The position numbers were made by a program, and so were the translations under genes. A stretch of DNA of 60,612 nucleotides, counting the filler. It is 8 parts of 8 records of this genome, joined end to end, with 100 filler letters (N's around TTAATTAATTAA, not from the genome) between each part and the next. Parts side by side here need not be neighbours in the genome. Positions count along the whole stretch, not along the records: positions 25,159 to 33,238 come from DRR723986_12762; positions 33,339 to 45,693 come from DRR723986_12787; 6 more parts are not named here. One strand, given 5' to 3'. Under the pieces are notes generated by a model, which was not told where the DNA came from, searched no databases, and worked only from the letters and a program-made list of their open reading frames with translations. Positions 29,716 through 41,093 of the stretch are shown piece by piece. Numbering within the stretch: position 1 is the first letter of the stretch; every line of letters begins with the position of its first letter.

Positions 29716-31335
29716 TCATGCCAGATGGATGTCGTGGATAGCCAACTCGTAGAACGGATGCACGTCGACATTCGCAAAGCGCCCGTTCGAGTGGTTGAAG
29801 ACCGACCGCCAGTAGGGTTGGATCATCACCCCTTCCTCCTGCATGATCTGCTGGAGCCGCGCCATGATCTCGCGCCGTGCGTCGGCATCTGCCACGCCCA
29901 TGGCCTGATCGAGCAGCGTGTCGAATTCATCATTCGCAAAGCCAGACTCGTTCCATGGCACACCTGATTTATAAGCCAGCGCCAGAACCTGAACGCCAAG
30001 CGGGCGGGGACCCCATTCGGTGGCCGAGAACGGGTATTCCGTCCAACCGTTCCAGAAGGTGGCCCCCGGCATGATGCGGCGTTCCACCGTCATGCCCGCG
30101 TCGCGCATCTGTGCCGCGACGGCCGTGCAGGTGTTGGACTGCCATTCCGTGTCGAGCGAGATCAGTTCGAAGACCGTATCGGCATGGCCCGCCTCGGTCA
30201 GCAATGCCATGGCCCCTTCGGGATCGGCTTGCAGGGGCGGCAGTTCGGCATATTCCGGGTGGATCGGGCAGACATGGTGGTTTTCGCCAAGCAGGCCCAA
30301 ACCGCCGATGCCCAGTTGCAGGATGGTCGAATTGTCCACCGCCATCTGCAACGCCCGACGCACGTCGCGATTGTCGAACGGCGCAGAGTTCTGGTTGAAC
30401 CGCACGGCCAGCGTGTTGGCGGTGACGGCCTCGGTCGAGGACCAGCCGATGGAATCGAAGGCCGCGACGTAATCCGCATCGGTGCGGTAGGTCAGGTCGA
30501 TATCCTCTGCATCCGCCGAGGCGAGCACGGCGGCCATGTCGGTGCCGAGGTCGATGAACTCGATCCGATCGAGCTAGCCGCCCTCGCGCCAGTAGTCGTG
30601 GTCGGGGTTGCGTTCCAAGGCCTGCAAGACGCCGACCTCATTGTGAACGGGCAGATAAGCCCCTGTTCCAACGGGGTTTTCCGACGGGTCGCCACCGGTA
30701 TAGCTGCTGTGGACCAAGGCCGCCGGATAGTCCGACAACGCCGCCATGATCGCAATGTCCGGACGTTGCAGGTTCAGTTGAAGAGTGTGGTCGTCGATGA
30801 CCACAACGGCGCCTTCGGCAAGCTGGCTGGTATCGGCATCCTGCAAGGCGCCGACACGGGTCGCCATCGAGTTGCCCTCGACCGAGCTGTCGGCCCATCG
30901 TTCGAGATTGAATGCCACATCGCTGGCGGTGAAGGGATCGCCGTTGTTCCAGGTGACACCCTGGCGCAGATGCAGCGTGTATTGAGTGGCATCGTCATTG
31001 GCATCCCAGCTTTCGCACAGCATCCCGGTAACGGTGCCGTCGCGGTTGAACTGGGTCAGGTAGTCCAGCCAGCCGCGGCAGAAATTGGCATATTCCGTCC
31101 AGTCCCACAGGCGCGGATCCTTCAGCGCCTTGGTTTCCATATTCACGCGCAACGTGCCGCCCCGCATGGCTTGCGCACGGGCGGGGGTGGGCATGGTCAA
31201 CCCGATCATCGAGTAGGCCGCCGTTGCAGACACGCCAAGCATCGTGGCGCGGCTCAGAAACTCCCGGCGGCTGAGTTTTCCGGCCTTTTGTTCCGCCGCG
31301 TAGCGCATGGCAGCGGGGTGGATTTCATGGGTCAT
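29716..31335 (-). pseudogene. Family 5 ABC substrate-binding protein (Tat-exported) with one in-frame TAG at 30574-30576
   Basis: ORFs 30574-31335 and 29716-30537 are in the same frame; reads WREGG*LDRIEFID; SRREFL Tat motif, [21 protein letters not shown]. Confidence 0.85.
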
Positions 31336-31376
31336 CTACGGGGGTCTCCCTTATTGGGTTGGGGGGTGTGATTCTA

Positions 31377-31538
31377 TGGACACAACTGTCTATAGAGTTT
31401 TCCATCCCCACATTTTCGTCAATCCTCTTTAAGTGGTGTCATCGAAGAGTTAATGAAAACAACCTGTTAATCGCGGTTTTGAGTGGGATTTTCGGCCTTT
31501 GTTCAGGCTTGACGAATAACTGTGGACAGTATTGTCTA
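31377..31538. promoter_or_regulatory. Two copies of operator TGGACA-N4-TGTCTA (31377-31392, 31523-31538) in a divergent promoter region
   Basis: 12 identical flanking bases, near-palindromic; TTGACG at 31509. Confidence 0.65.
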
Positions 31539-31600
31539 GAGAAAACGGCGGATCCGCGATTGTCTGTAGGCGCGCCGCAAAACCAGTCAGGGAGATCGGG

Positions 31601-33238
31601 ATGAAATCTCATTACAGGGTCGTGGTCATCGGTGGTGGCGTTGTCGGAACATCGGTGCTGTATCACCTCGCGAAAATGGGCTGGACGGATGTGTGCCTGC
31701 TGGAGCGAAAGGTCCTGACGGCGGGGTCAAGCTGGCACGCGGCGGGGGGCTTCCACGCCCTGAACGCCGATCCCAACATCGCCTCGCTTCAGGCCTATAC
31801 GATCGACCTGCTGAGCGAGATCGAGACCGAATCGGGCCAGTCCGTCGGCATGCACATGACCGGCGGCATGAGCCTCGCGGGAACGCCCGACCGGTGGGAA
31901 TGGCTGCAATCGGCCTATCGTACCTTCCAGTCGATCGGCATCGACGACGTGCGCCTGATCACACCCGAAGAGGCCGGAGAGCTTTGCCCGATCATCTCGA
32001 CCGACGGGATTCTTGGCGGCATGTGGGCCGACCGCGAAGGCTATGTCGACACCACGGGCACCGTCCACGCCTATGCAGGGGCCGCGAAGAAACGCGGGGC
32101 GGAGGTTTTCGAACATACCCGCGTGATGGAGCTGAACCAGACGCTGGAAGGATGGGAAGTCGTGACCGACAAGGGCACGATCACCTGTGAACATGTGGTC
32201 AACGCGGCGGGTCTCTGGGCCAAGCAGGTGGGCCGCATGGCCGGGATCGAGCTGCCGGTGTCGCCGCTCAACCACCACTATCTGATCACCGATACCATCC
32301 CGGAAATTGCCGCGCTCGACCGCGAATTGCCACTGGTCGTCGATCTCGAAGGCTTCACCTACATGCGGCAGGACCAGAAAGGGATGCTTCTGGGAATCTA
32401 CGAGATCAACCATGAACACTGGATGATGGACGGTGCGCCGTGGGAATATGGGTTCGAATTGCAGCAGGAAGACCCCGACCGGATCGAGCATGAGCTGATG
32501 CTCGGCTTCCAGCGCTATCCGGTGCTTCAGGATGCAGGGATCAAGACCTGGGTCAACGGTGCCTTCACCTTCAGCCCGGATGGCAATCCGTTGGTTGGCC
32601 CCGTGCGTGGCAAGCGTGGTTACTGGTGCGCCTGCGCGGTGATGGCGGGTTTCCTGCAAGGCGGCGGCGTCGGTAAGTCGCTGGCGGAATGGATGATCCA
32701 CGGCACGCCCGAGGCCGATGTCTTTAGCATGGACGTGGCCCGCTACGGCGCATTCGCCGAGAACAAGCAATATATCAAGGAAACAACCGGCCAGTTCTAC
32801 ACCCGCCGGTTCGTAATGACCTACCCCAACGAGCAGTTGCCGGCGGGGCGGCCGTTGAAGATGGCCCCGGCCCATGATGCGATGACGGCAGCCGGGGCGC
32901 GATGGGGCGCGTCCTACGGTCTGGAACTGCCGCTTTACTTTGCGCCCGAAGGCTTTGAGGAAACCCCGACGCTGAAGCGGTCGAACGCCTTCCCCATCGT
33001 GGCCGAGGAATGCAAGGCAGTCCGAGAGGCCGTGGGTCTGTTGGATATCTCGGGCTTTTCCCGGTTCGAGGTGACCGGCGAGGGCGCAGAAGCCTGGCTT
33101 GATCAGATCATGGCGTCGAAGCTGCCCGGTCCCGGCCGCGCAAGGCTGGCCCCAATGCTCAGCGAAGACGGTCGGCTCAAAGGCGATCTGACGGTTTTCA
33201 ACTGGGGGGATGGCAGCTGGTGGATCATGGGCAGCTAC
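31601..33238 (+). CDS. GcvT-family FAD oxidoreductase (dimethylglycine/sarcosine dehydrogenase-like), C-terminus truncated
   Basis: VVIGGGVVG, GSSWHAAG, VNAAGLWA, FSPDGNPLVG, EECKAVREAVGLLDIS. Confidence 0.92.
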
Positions 33239-33384
33239 NNNNNNNNNNNNNNNNNNNNNNNNNNNNNNNNNNNNNNNNNNNNTTAATTAATTAANNNNNN
33301 NNNNNNNNNNNNNNNNNNNNNNNNNNNNNNNNNNNNNNCGGCGGGAGTATTTGGACCAAGAAGAAGGGACCTGTGCGCGTTGGC

Positions 33385-34197
33385 TCAGCGCATGCCCAGA
33401 ACGTCGAGCATGTCGAAGCGGCCGGGGCCTTTGCCCTGCCCCCAAAGCGCGGCCTTGAGAGCGCCGCGCGCGAAGATGGCGCGATCAGTGGCGACGTGGC
33501 GTAGGGTGATGCGTTCGCCCTGACCGGCGAAGAGCACATCATGTTCGCCCACGATATCGCCGCCGCGAATGGCGGAGAAGCCGATATGGCCACGCTGGCG
33601 GGCGCCGGTGATGCCATCGCGACCGGAGTCTTTTGCAACATCAAGGTCAATGCCGCGCCCGTCCGCCGCTGCCTGACCCAGCATCAGGGCGGTGCCGGAG
33701 GGGGCGTCGACCTTGTGGTGGTGATGCGCCTCGATCACCTCGATGTCGAAATCCTCATCCAGTGCGGCAGCCACCTGTTTGGTGATCTGCACCAGCAGGT
33801 TCACCCCGAGGCTCATGTTGCCTGCCTGAATGATCGTCGCGTGGCGGCTGGCATGGGTCAGGGCCTGATGGTGGCTGTCATCCATGCCGGTGGTGCCGAT
33901 CACATGCACACAGCGGGCCTGTGCGGTCAGTTGGGCGTGCGCGACGGTGGCGTCGGGCGAGGTGAAGTCGATCACGGCTTGCGCATTGACGATCGCGTCA
34001 ATCGGATCGGTGTGAACCATCACGCCGGTTGCTGCCCCGCCCATGCAGTCGCCCAGATCGCGCCCCGCCCAATCGTGGCCCGCGCGTTCCGTCACCGCGA
34101 CCAGATGCGCGGCGTCGCTGTTATTGATCAGCTTGATCAGCATCTGGCCCATCCGGCCCGACGCGCCCATTACTGCAATTCCGGTGCTGCCCTGCAT
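33385..34197 (-). CDS. dapB: 4-hydroxy-tetrahydrodipicolinate reductase
   Basis: [37 protein letters not shown]. Confidence 0.97.
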   Translation of the reverse strand: MQGSTGIAVMGASGRMGQMLIKLINNSDAAHLVAVTERAGHDWAGRDLGDCMGGAATGVMVHTDPIDAIVNAQAVIDFTSPDATVAHAQLTAQARCVHVIGTTGMDDSHHQALTHASRHATIIQAGNMSLGVNLLVQITKQVAAALDEDFDIEVIEAHHHHKVDAPSGTALMLGQAAADGRGIDLDVAKDSGRDGITGARQRGHIGFSAIRGGDIVGEHDVLFAGQGERITLRHVATDRAIFARGALKAALWGQGKGPGRFDMLDVLGMR

Positions 34198-34314
34198 GGT
34201 TTCGATCCTCTGGCAAAATCCTGCTCTTGCTCTAACCCACCCGGCCCGCGCGTTAAAGCGCTTGCTTGCGGGGGGCGGGGTGATCCCATAAGTGGGGGGC
34301 AAAGGATGATGGCC

Positions 34315-34731
34315 ATGGCAAAGAACAAGTTTCATGACGGACCGGGGCCCTCGCAGCGGCAGTTGCGGGTGGGCGAACTGATCCGTCGCACCCTGTCGGA
34401 TGTGCTGATGCAGGGGGATATCCACGACCCTGAGCTGAACGCAATGTCGATCACGGTAAGCGAGGTGCGGACCTCGGCCGACCTGAAGATCGCGACAGTC
34501 TATGTGCTGCCCCTGGGTGGCGGCCACCGGCAGGAGGCCATTCAGGCGCTGAAGCGCAACAAGGGTGAGCTGCGCCGGATGATCACCAAGAAGATGAACC
34601 TGAAATACGCGCCCGATTTCCGGTTCCTGATTGATGAGACCTTCGACAAGATGGACGAGGCCCGCGCGCTGTTCAGCCAGGACAAGGTACGTCAGGATCT
34701 GGACCGCGTTGAGGATGACGACGAGGATTGA
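34315..34731 (+). CDS. rbfA: Ribosome-binding factor A
   Basis: [41 protein letters not shown]. Confidence 0.96.
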   Translation: MAKNKFHDGPGPSQRQLRVGELIRRTLSDVLMQGDIHDPELNAMSITVSEVRTSADLKIATVYVLPLGGGHRQEAIQALKRNKGELRRMITKKMNLKYAPDFRFLIDETFDKMDEARALFSQDKVRQDLDRVEDDDED

Positions 34732-34732
34732 C

Positions 34733-35479
34733 ATGCGCGCGCTGATTCTATCGGTGTTGGTGATGCTGGCGGCGCCTGCGGCGCTGGCGACCGAATGTCG
34801 GCAGGACCGGTTTGACGGTGTGGAATTCTCCATCTGCGAGGTGGATCTGACCCGCGAGGACCTGCGGCTGTTCCTGCGCGATGAGGCAGGCAACATCCTT
34901 GGTAATTTTTCGCGCGTGGAAGGCAGCCTTGAATCGGGCCAGCGGCTTGGCTTTGCCGTGAATGCGGGCATGTTCCATGACGACCGCGGGCCCGTCGGCC
35001 TTTATATCGAGGATGGTCAGCAGGAAATGCGGGTCATCACGTCGGACGGGCCGGGTAATTTCGGGCTGCTTCCGAACGGGGTGTTCTGCATTCAGGCGGG
35101 CCGCGCACAGGTGATTGAAAGCCGCAGCTATGCCGCGAACCCGCCTGACTGCCGCTACGCCACCCAATCGGGGCCGATGCTGGTGATCGACGGGGCGTTG
35201 CATCCGCGGTTTCTGCCTGACAGCACATCCTTGAACATCCGCAATGGGGTTGGGGTTGACGCGACCGGCACCCGAGCGATCTTCGCAATTTCCGACCGGG
35301 CGGTGAATTTCGACCATTTCGGGCGGCTCTTCCGCGATCATCTTGGCACGCCCAATGCGCTCTACCTGGATGGGCGGGTGTCGCGGCTTTATGCGCCGGA
35401 TCTGGGCCGAGACGATTTCGGGTTCCAACTTGGCCCCATTCTGGGGACGGTTGTTGACGAGGCGGGCAAGTCCAGCTAG
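34733..35479 (+). CDS. Phosphodiester glycosidase family (NAGPA-like/YigE) secreted protein
   Basis: [32 protein letters not shown]. Confidence 0.88.
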   Translation: MRALILSVLVMLAAPAALATECRQDRFDGVEFSICEVDLTREDLRLFLRDEAGNILGNFSRVEGSLESGQRLGFAVNAGMFHDDRGPVGLYIEDGQQEMRVITSDGPGNFGLLPNGVFCIQAGRAQVIESRSYAANPPDCRYATQSGPMLVIDGALHPRFLPDSTSLNIRNGVGVDATGTRAIFAISDRAVNFDHFGRLFRDHLGTPNALYLDGRVSRLYAPDLGRDDFGFQLGPILGTVVDEAGKSS

Positions 35480-35521
35480 CAGCAGCGCCTTTCTGGGACG
35501 TATCACACGGAGGCCCAAGGC

Positions 35522-36424
35522 ATGGGGCGCAAGCGCAAGGGACGCGACATTCACGGCTGGCTGGTGGTGGACAAGCCCGCCGGGCTGACCTCGACCGCCG
35601 TGGTTAACAAGGTCCGGTGGGCGTTCGATGCGAAGAAGGCGGGTCATGCGGGCACGCTGGACCCGGATGCGACGGGCGTTCTGGCGGTGGCCTTGGGAGA
35701 GGCGACCAAGACGGTGCCCTACATCACCGACGCCATGAAGGCCTATGTCTTTACCGTCAACTTCGGGGCCGCGACCAATACCGATGATGCCGAGGGCGAG
35801 GTTGTCCAGACAAGCGATCTACGACCGACGGATGACCAGATTATTGAGGCGTTAAAGGGGTTCGAGGGCGACATCATGCAGGTGCCGCCCAAGTTTTCCG
35901 CCGTGAAGATCGACGGGGAACGCGCCTATAAGCTGGCGCGCGACGACGAGGAATTCGAGATTGCCGCACGACCCTTGTATGTGGAAACCCTGACGATGCT
36001 GTCGCGCCCCGATGCCGACCATGTTGAGCTGGAGATGGTCTGTGGCAAGGGCGGCTATGTGCGGTCCATTGCGCGCGATCTGGGTGAGGCGCTTGGCTGT
36101 CTGGGCCATGTGCAGCAGCTGCGCCGCGTCTGGTCCGGGCCTTTCGATGTAGAGGACGCGGTGGCCTTCTCGATGATCGAGGAAGGGGCCAAAGACCCCG
36201 CGCTCGATGCGCACTTGCTGCCCCTACAGGTCGGGCTGGATGATCTGCCGGAACTGCGCGCCAACGATCTGGGTTTTACCCGGTTGAAAAACGGCAATCC
36301 CGGTCAGGTTCTGGGAACGGCAGAATATGGCGATGAGGTCTGGGTGTCCTACAAGGGCGTGCCTGTTGCTGTTGGCATCTATCGCGGTGGCGAGGTGCAT
36401 CCGTCCCGCGTCTTCAACCTGTGA
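35522..36424 (+). CDS. truB: tRNA pseudouridine(55) synthase
   Basis: [36 protein letters not shown]. Confidence 0.97.
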   Translation: MGRKRKGRDIHGWLVVDKPAGLTSTAVVNKVRWAFDAKKAGHAGTLDPDATGVLAVALGEATKTVPYITDAMKAYVFTVNFGAATNTDDAEGEVVQTSDLRPTDDQIIEALKGFEGDIMQVPPKFSAVKIDGERAYKLARDDEEFEIAARPLYVETLTMLSRPDADHVELEMVCGKGGYVRSIARDLGEALGCLGHVQQLRRVWSGPFDVEDAVAFSMIEEGAKDPALDAHLLPLQVGLDDLPELRANDLGFTRLKNGNPGQVLGTAEYGDEVWVSYKGVPVAVGIYRGGEVHPSRVFNL

Positions 36425-36933
36425 TCACCCGGACGCATCAAAAGGGCGATGCGGCCAGCGTTGCGGTTTATTCTGACTGTGAACGGTATCGCTATTCGCT
36501 CAGCCGGATCTGGGACGAGGCCGGGCCGCGTGTTCTGTTCATCATGCTGAACCCGTCAAAGGCGACCGAGGTGCAGAATGATCCCACCGTGGAACGCTGC
36601 GAACGGCGGGCGCGGGTTCTGGGGTTCGGCGGGTTCCGGGTGATGAATATCTTCGCATGGCGGGAAACTGACCCGCGCCTGTTGCGCGCTGCGGCTGATC
36701 CTGTGGGGGGTGAAAACGACTCGCTCCTGCTCGATGGGTTGAACTGGGCCGATACGGTCATTGCAGGGTGGGGGGTGCATGGCGAACACCTGAACCGCGG
36801 GCCAGAGGTCGAGGCGCTGTTGCGTGGGGCAGGCGTCGATCTGCATTGTCTGGGTCTTTCCAAGGCCGGCCACCCGCGCCACCCGCTTTACATCGCCTAT
36901 GCCACACAGCCGCAGGTCTGGCCTGCCCGTTGA
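36421..36933 (+). CDS. DUF1643 family protein
   Basis: [37 protein letters not shown]. Confidence 0.9.
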   Translation: MITRTHQKGDAASVAVYSDCERYRYSLSRIWDEAGPRVLFIMLNPSKATEVQNDPTVERCERRARVLGFGGFRVMNIFAWRETDPRLLRAAADPVGGENDSLLLDGLNWADTVIAGWGVHGEHLNRGPEVEALLRGAGVDLHCLGLSKAGHPRHPLYIAYATQPQVWPAR

Positions 36934-36980
36934 CCTCACCCGCCTGCGCGCGCAGGGTGAGTGGACAGGAGGGGCGTGCC

Positions 36981-37880
36981 ATGTCGGACATTCCGGGTTT
37001 TACGCAAAGCTTCATCGAGGCGAACGGGGTGAGTCTGTCGGTGCATCAGGGGGGCGAAGGGCCGCCGCTGATCTGCCTGCATGGCTATCCGCAGAACCAC
37101 ATGTGTTGGGCCAAGATCGCCCCCGATCTGGCGCGCGACTTTCATGTGATCATCCCTGATCTGCGTGGATATGGTGACAGCGACGCGCCTGCCGACGATG
37201 CCGATCATCACACCTATTCCAAGCGTGAGATGGCGAAAGATATCGTCGGGATCATGGATTTCATGGGGCTGGAAAAAGCCCATATCCTTGGCCATGACCG
37301 GGGTGCGCGGGTGACCTACCGGCTGGCGCTGGATCATCCTGACCGGGTTGACCGGTTGGGGATCATCGAGGTGGTGCCAACAGCAGATTTCTGGGCGGCT
37401 TGGAACGCGGAACTGGCGCTAAAGGCGTATCACTGGACTTTTCTGGCTCAACCCGCGCCGGTGCCTGAACGGATGATCAGCGCAGATCCGGTGGCGTACT
37501 ATGATTGGACGCTGGCCAGCTGGACCCATTGCCGAAGCCTTGCGCCATTTGAAGGGGCCGCGTTGGACAGCTACCGGCGGCAGGCTTCGGACCCGGCGCG
37601 CGTCCATGCGATGTGTGCGGATTACAGGGCCGGTGCGACGATCGACCGGGCCTTGGATGAAGCCGACCGGCTGACAGGCCACAAGATCGCCGCTCCGCTT
37701 CATTTCGTTTGGGCAAGCGCAGGCTTTCCGGCCAAAACAGGCGACCCCAAGGCCCTGTGGCAGTCATGGTGCGACCAGCCCGTGACCGGTGAGGAAATTC
37801 ACGGAACCGGCCATTTCGCCATGGAAGAAGTGCCCGAGGCCATCCTGGCGGCGGTTCGCCCGCATTTTGTGGCGGGCTAA
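36981..37880 (+). CDS. Alpha/beta hydrolase, haloacetate (fluoroacetate) dehalogenase-like
   Basis: HGYPQ, GHDRGAR, YHWTFLAQ, CADYRA, GHF. Confidence 0.85.
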   Translation: MSDIPGFTQSFIEANGVSLSVHQGGEGPPLICLHGYPQNHMCWAKIAPDLARDFHVIIPDLRGYGDSDAPADDADHHTYSKREMAKDIVGIMDFMGLEKAHILGHDRGARVTYRLALDHPDRVDRLGIIEVVPTADFWAAWNAELALKAYHWTFLAQPAPVPERMISADPVAYYDWTLASWTHCRSLAPFEGAALDSYRRQASDPARVHAMCADYRAGATIDRALDEADRLTGHKIAAPLHFVWASAGFPAKTGDPKALWQSWCDQPVTGEEIHGTGHFAMEEVPEAILAAVRPHFVAG

Positions 37881-37888
37881 TCCGCCAT

Positions 37889-39574
37889 TCAGGCGGATTC
37901 TGCCAGATCGTCCAATCGGATATCGCGGATCAGAATGGCTGCGGGATCGAGCCCTTGTGCGCCGGTCACCATCAGGACGACGGTGCCATCCACCATGATG
38001 CTGGCACCGGTGCCATCGTCGAAGTCAACGACGGAGACATTGGGCTCTGGCGAAGCTTCAAGATCCACGCTGACCTGAATCCGATCCTCGGACGGGTTGA
38101 AGTCGGTCACCACAGCGGCCTCTGACTCGATGTAGCTGCCGGTTTCAAACAGGTCTGCACCGCTGCCGCCGATGCCGATATCGCCCGCGCCAAGGAAGAG
38201 ATGGTCGTCGCCATCGCCCCCGGCCAGCATATCGGTGCTGTCTTCGTCAAAGGGGCCGAAGCTGCTGTCACCGCTGGTGAAAGTGCCATCGAGCGTATCG
38301 TTGCCGTTACCACCAAACATCTCATCCGAGCCGAAACCGCCAAGCAGATAGTCGTCACCCGCGCCGCCGTGCATTTCGTCGTCGCCATCGGCACCAAACA
38401 GCAGGTCATTGCCATCATCGCCAGACAGGCTGTCATCATCTTCGCCGCCATGCAGCAGGTCGTGACCGGAGCCGCCTGCCAGCACATCAGCCCCCTGATC
38501 GCCGTAAAGCTCATCATTTCCGGCGTCGCCCTGCACGGTGTCATCGCCTTCATTGCCAAACGCGAGGTCATTGTCGCTGCCGCCTGATATGAGATCACCG
38601 CCAGCGCCGCCGGTCAGGGCATCGGCACCTGATTGGCCAAACAGTTCATCCATCCCGGTCCGGCCACGCAGAATGTCGTCGCCGGTGCCGCCGTTCAGCA
38701 GATCGTCCCCGTCGAGGCCGTCAATCGTGTCATTGCCTTCACCGCCATCAATGGTGTCGTCGCCATCATCGCCGGCAAGGGAATCATCACCTTCGGTGGG
38801 TTCCGAAACCTCTTGTTCCAGGACAACGTCATCCAGCGTGACGTCAGTGGTTCCGTCCAGTTGCAGGATCTGCACCCCGTCCGAGAAGACAGCCGTGCTG
38901 CCCATCTCTTCATCCGCTTCGAGGGTGATTTCCGGGGCGGTGTCGCCATCATACCGGATCAGGATCGTATCCACGCCGGACAGGAAATCGGTCAGGATCG
39001 GAACATCGTCGGGGATATCATTGCCGGTCTGGAAAATGTCCGCGCCTTCGCCGCCGGAAACAAGATCGCCTTCACCCAGGATGAGCGTATCGTCGTCATC
39101 GCCGCCATCGAGCGTGTCGGCCCCGTCACCACCATCCAGCGTATCCTGACCCTCATCGCCGTAAAGAACGTCGTCCCCTTCTTCACCGTATAGCTGATCA
39201 TCGCCAAGATCGCCGGACAGGACGTCACCCGCGCCGGTGCCAAAACGAATCTGCGGTTCTGGGGTCTGGGTGTCATCCGCGGCCTCGTCATCCTCATCTT
39301 CGAACAGGCCATCCAGAAGGTCGCCGCCGGCATCAGCATCATCCGCGCTGGCGTCATCGGAAGGCGCGCCGGGATTGCCCATGCCGTCGGTGCCGAACAG
39401 CAGGTCATGCAGATCAGACGTGTATACGGACGCATCATAGCTGCCCTCGGCGCGGCCATCGGATGCCGCGTCCGAGCTCTCGCTCGTGCCATCGTGTTCA
39501 TCGCCGCCGGAAAACAGCCCCTCGAGCGCGAACCCGAGAAGCATCAGCAACATTACTCCACCCGCTGCAATCAT
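37889..39574 (-). CDS. Hemolysin-type (RTX) calcium-binding repeat protein
   Basis: Many GGxGxDxL nonapeptides; acidic; N-terminal hydrophobic segment. Confidence 0.9.
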   Translation of the reverse strand: MIAAGGVMLLMLLGFALEGLFSGGDEHDGTSESSDAASDGRAEGSYDASVYTSDLHDLLFGTDGMGNPGAPSDDASADDADAGGDLLDGLFEDEDDEAADDTQTPEPQIRFGTGAGDVLSGDLGDDQLYGEEGDDVLYGDEGQDTLDGGDGADTLDGGDDDDTLILGEGDLVSGGEGADIFQTGNDIPDDVPILTDFLSGVDTILIRYDGDTAPEITLEADEEMGSTAVFSDGVQILQLDGTTDVTLDDVVLEQEVSEPTEGDDSLAGDDGDDTIDGGEGNDTIDGLDGDDLLNGGTGDDILRGRTGMDELFGQSGADALTGGAGGDLISGGSDNDLAFGNEGDDTVQGDAGNDELYGDQGADVLAGGSGHDLLHGGEDDDSLSGDDGNDLLFGADGDDEMHGGAGDDYLLGGFGSDEMFGGNGNDTLDGTFTSGDSSFGPFDEDSTDMLAGGDGDDHLFLGAGDIGIGGSGADLFETGSYIESEAAVVTDFNPSEDRIQVSVDLEASPEPNVSVVDFDDGTGASIMVDGTVVLMVTGAQGLDPAAILIRDIRLDDLAESA

Positions 39575-39887
39575 TTTCGTTCCTTTGCCTCAACGAACGG
39601 CCCCGGGGGTTGAGCCCTTTCATATGCTTGACGATGATCTTGCGCCGGCCATTGGGTCATTTACCGACCACCACAAGGTTTTCCTGTGGAATAAATGTGG
39701 CGCTGTTTCCGAAGGGTGAATGAAGCGCCCTTCTCGGCGTTTATGTTCATTGTCTTTGATGAAAAGCTCAATAAAATCCTGCCTATATGGTTAATGTGAA
39801 ACCGCCCCAATCCCGGCAGAATTGCCTTATTTGGTTGAGGAAATGGGGGTTCCCTTTGCAGGGATTATCCCCTATACGCCCGCAATC

Positions 39888-39945
39888 GCCCCTTGCTGGG
39901 TGACGACTCTCCACGGGCCTTGCTGGACGACATCCCGGCCTGCGC
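39888..39945 (+). promoter_or_regulatory. Putative rpsO (S15) 5' leader RNA
   Basis: Structured 5' UTR with gctggacgacatcccggc hairpin and CCTTGCTGG twice; similar, from memory, to alphaproteobacterial S15 leaders. Confidence 0.45.
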
Positions 39946-39976
39946 CATCCACTTTGAACCTGAAAAGGAGACCCCG

Positions 39977-40246
39977 ATGTCGATTACCGCAGAAGAAAAA
40001 GCCCGCCTGATCGCGGAGTTCGCAACCAAAGAAGGCGACACCGGGTCGCCCGAAGTTCAGGTGGCGATTCTTACCAGCCGCATCAACACGCTGACCGAGC
40101 ACTTCAAGAGCCACAAGAAGGACAACCACTCCCGCCGTGGTCTTCTGATGATGGTTGCTCAGCGTCGTAAGCTGCTGGACTACACCAAGGCCAAGGATGA
40201 AGCTCGTTACCAGAGCCTGATCCAGCGTCTCGGCATCCGCCGCTGA
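39977..40246 (+). CDS. rpsO: 30S ribosomal protein S15
   Basis: [34 protein letters not shown]. Confidence 0.98.
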   Translation: MSITAEEKARLIAEFATKEGDTGSPEVQVAILTSRINTLTEHFKSHKKDNHSRRGLLMMVAQRRKLLDYTKAKDEARYQSLIQRLGIRR

Positions 40247-40267
40247 ACGCAGCCGATATCGAATACG

Positions 40268-40300
40268 AACGCCCGTCCGGATCTGTCCGGGCGGGTGTTT
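40268..40300. terminator. Terminator after rpsO
   Basis: acgcccgtccgga-tctg-tccgggcgggtgt then TT. Confidence 0.7.
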
Positions 40301-40313
40301 GCATTTAAGGCAG

Positions 40314-41093
40314 TCAGGCTGGTATGCGCCGTGCCATCAGGGCTGCGTGGATCGGTCGGTTGGCGGCGATGACACCGGGCAGCAACGGACGCGGGTTGTT
40401 GAAGGCCAGCGGTCGGTTGTCCCGGTCAGAAATCTGCCCCCCGGCCTCTGACACGATCAACGCGCCAGCGGCGATGTCCCATTCCCAACTGTCGCGGAAC
40501 GTGACCATGCCGTCAAAGCGCCCTTGCCCGACAAGAGCCAGCCGATAGGCCAGGGACGGGCGAAAGCTGCGCTGGACGGTGGGAATGCCGCCCGGCCAAT
40601 GATCGGGTTTGAAATTGGGGCGAGAGGCCAGAACGGTTGCGTTTGGTTCATCGCTGATGCCAGACGCCGCAAGCGGCACCCCGTTCAGCGACGCACCTTT
40701 CCCAAGCTCTGCCGTGAACAACCTGTCCAGCATTGGCAGGAACACCACAGCCGCCGTCACCTGCCCCTGTCTTGTCACCGCCAGCGAGTGGGCGAAATTC
40801 CTTTGCCCGTCGATGAATGACCGGGTCCCGTCAATAGGGTCGACAATGAACACATGGTCACGAGACAGCCGTTCCGTTCCGTCCTCGGTTTCCTCGGACA
40901 GCCAGCCATAGCCGGGGCGCGCGGCAGTCAGGCTTTCGCGCAGCATGGCGTCGATTTCCAGATCGGCCTCGGTCACCGGGCCGTGGCCGCCGGGCTTGTC
41001 CCAGATCCGGGGATCACGGGTCCAGTGGCGTTCTGCGATCTTGCCTGCTTCCAAGGCTGCGTCGATCAGAAGGGTAAGATCAGGCCCCGGCAA
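40314..41093 (-). CDS. Inositol monophosphatase/CysQ family protein
   Basis: PVTEAD, SEE, DPIDGT, WDIAAG. Confidence 0.92.
   Translation of the reverse strand: MPGPDLTLLIDAALEAGKIAERHWTRDPRIWDKPGGHGPVTEADLEIDAMLRESLTAARPGYGWLSEETEDGTERLSRDHVFIVDPIDGTRSFIDGQRNFAHSLAVTRQGQVTAAVVFLPMLDRLFTAELGKGASLNGVPLAASGISDEPNATVLASRPNFKPDHWPGGIPTVQRSFRPSLAYRLALVGQGRFDGMVTFRDSWEWDIAAGALIVSEAGGQISDRDNRPLAFNNPRPLLPGVIAANRPIHAALMARRIPA

Noticed and set aside
30574-30576. Pyrrolysine recoding or an alternative genetic code
   Set aside because: TAG is used as a normal stop on the same contig (DMT gene, 29541-29543); no pyl genes; not a methyltransferase.
31450-31471. CtrA site (two TTAA half-sites)
   Set aside because: Spacing is 13 nt, not the required 7.
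33541-34971. Long overlapping extensions of the dapB (528 aa) and rbfA (396 aa) ORFs
   Set aside because: Mutual antisense read-through of two divergent genes; recognisable proteins start at 34197 and 34315.
37889-39574. RTX toxin
   Set aside because: Only Ca-binding repeats; no toxin or enzyme domain and no type I secretion genes nearby.
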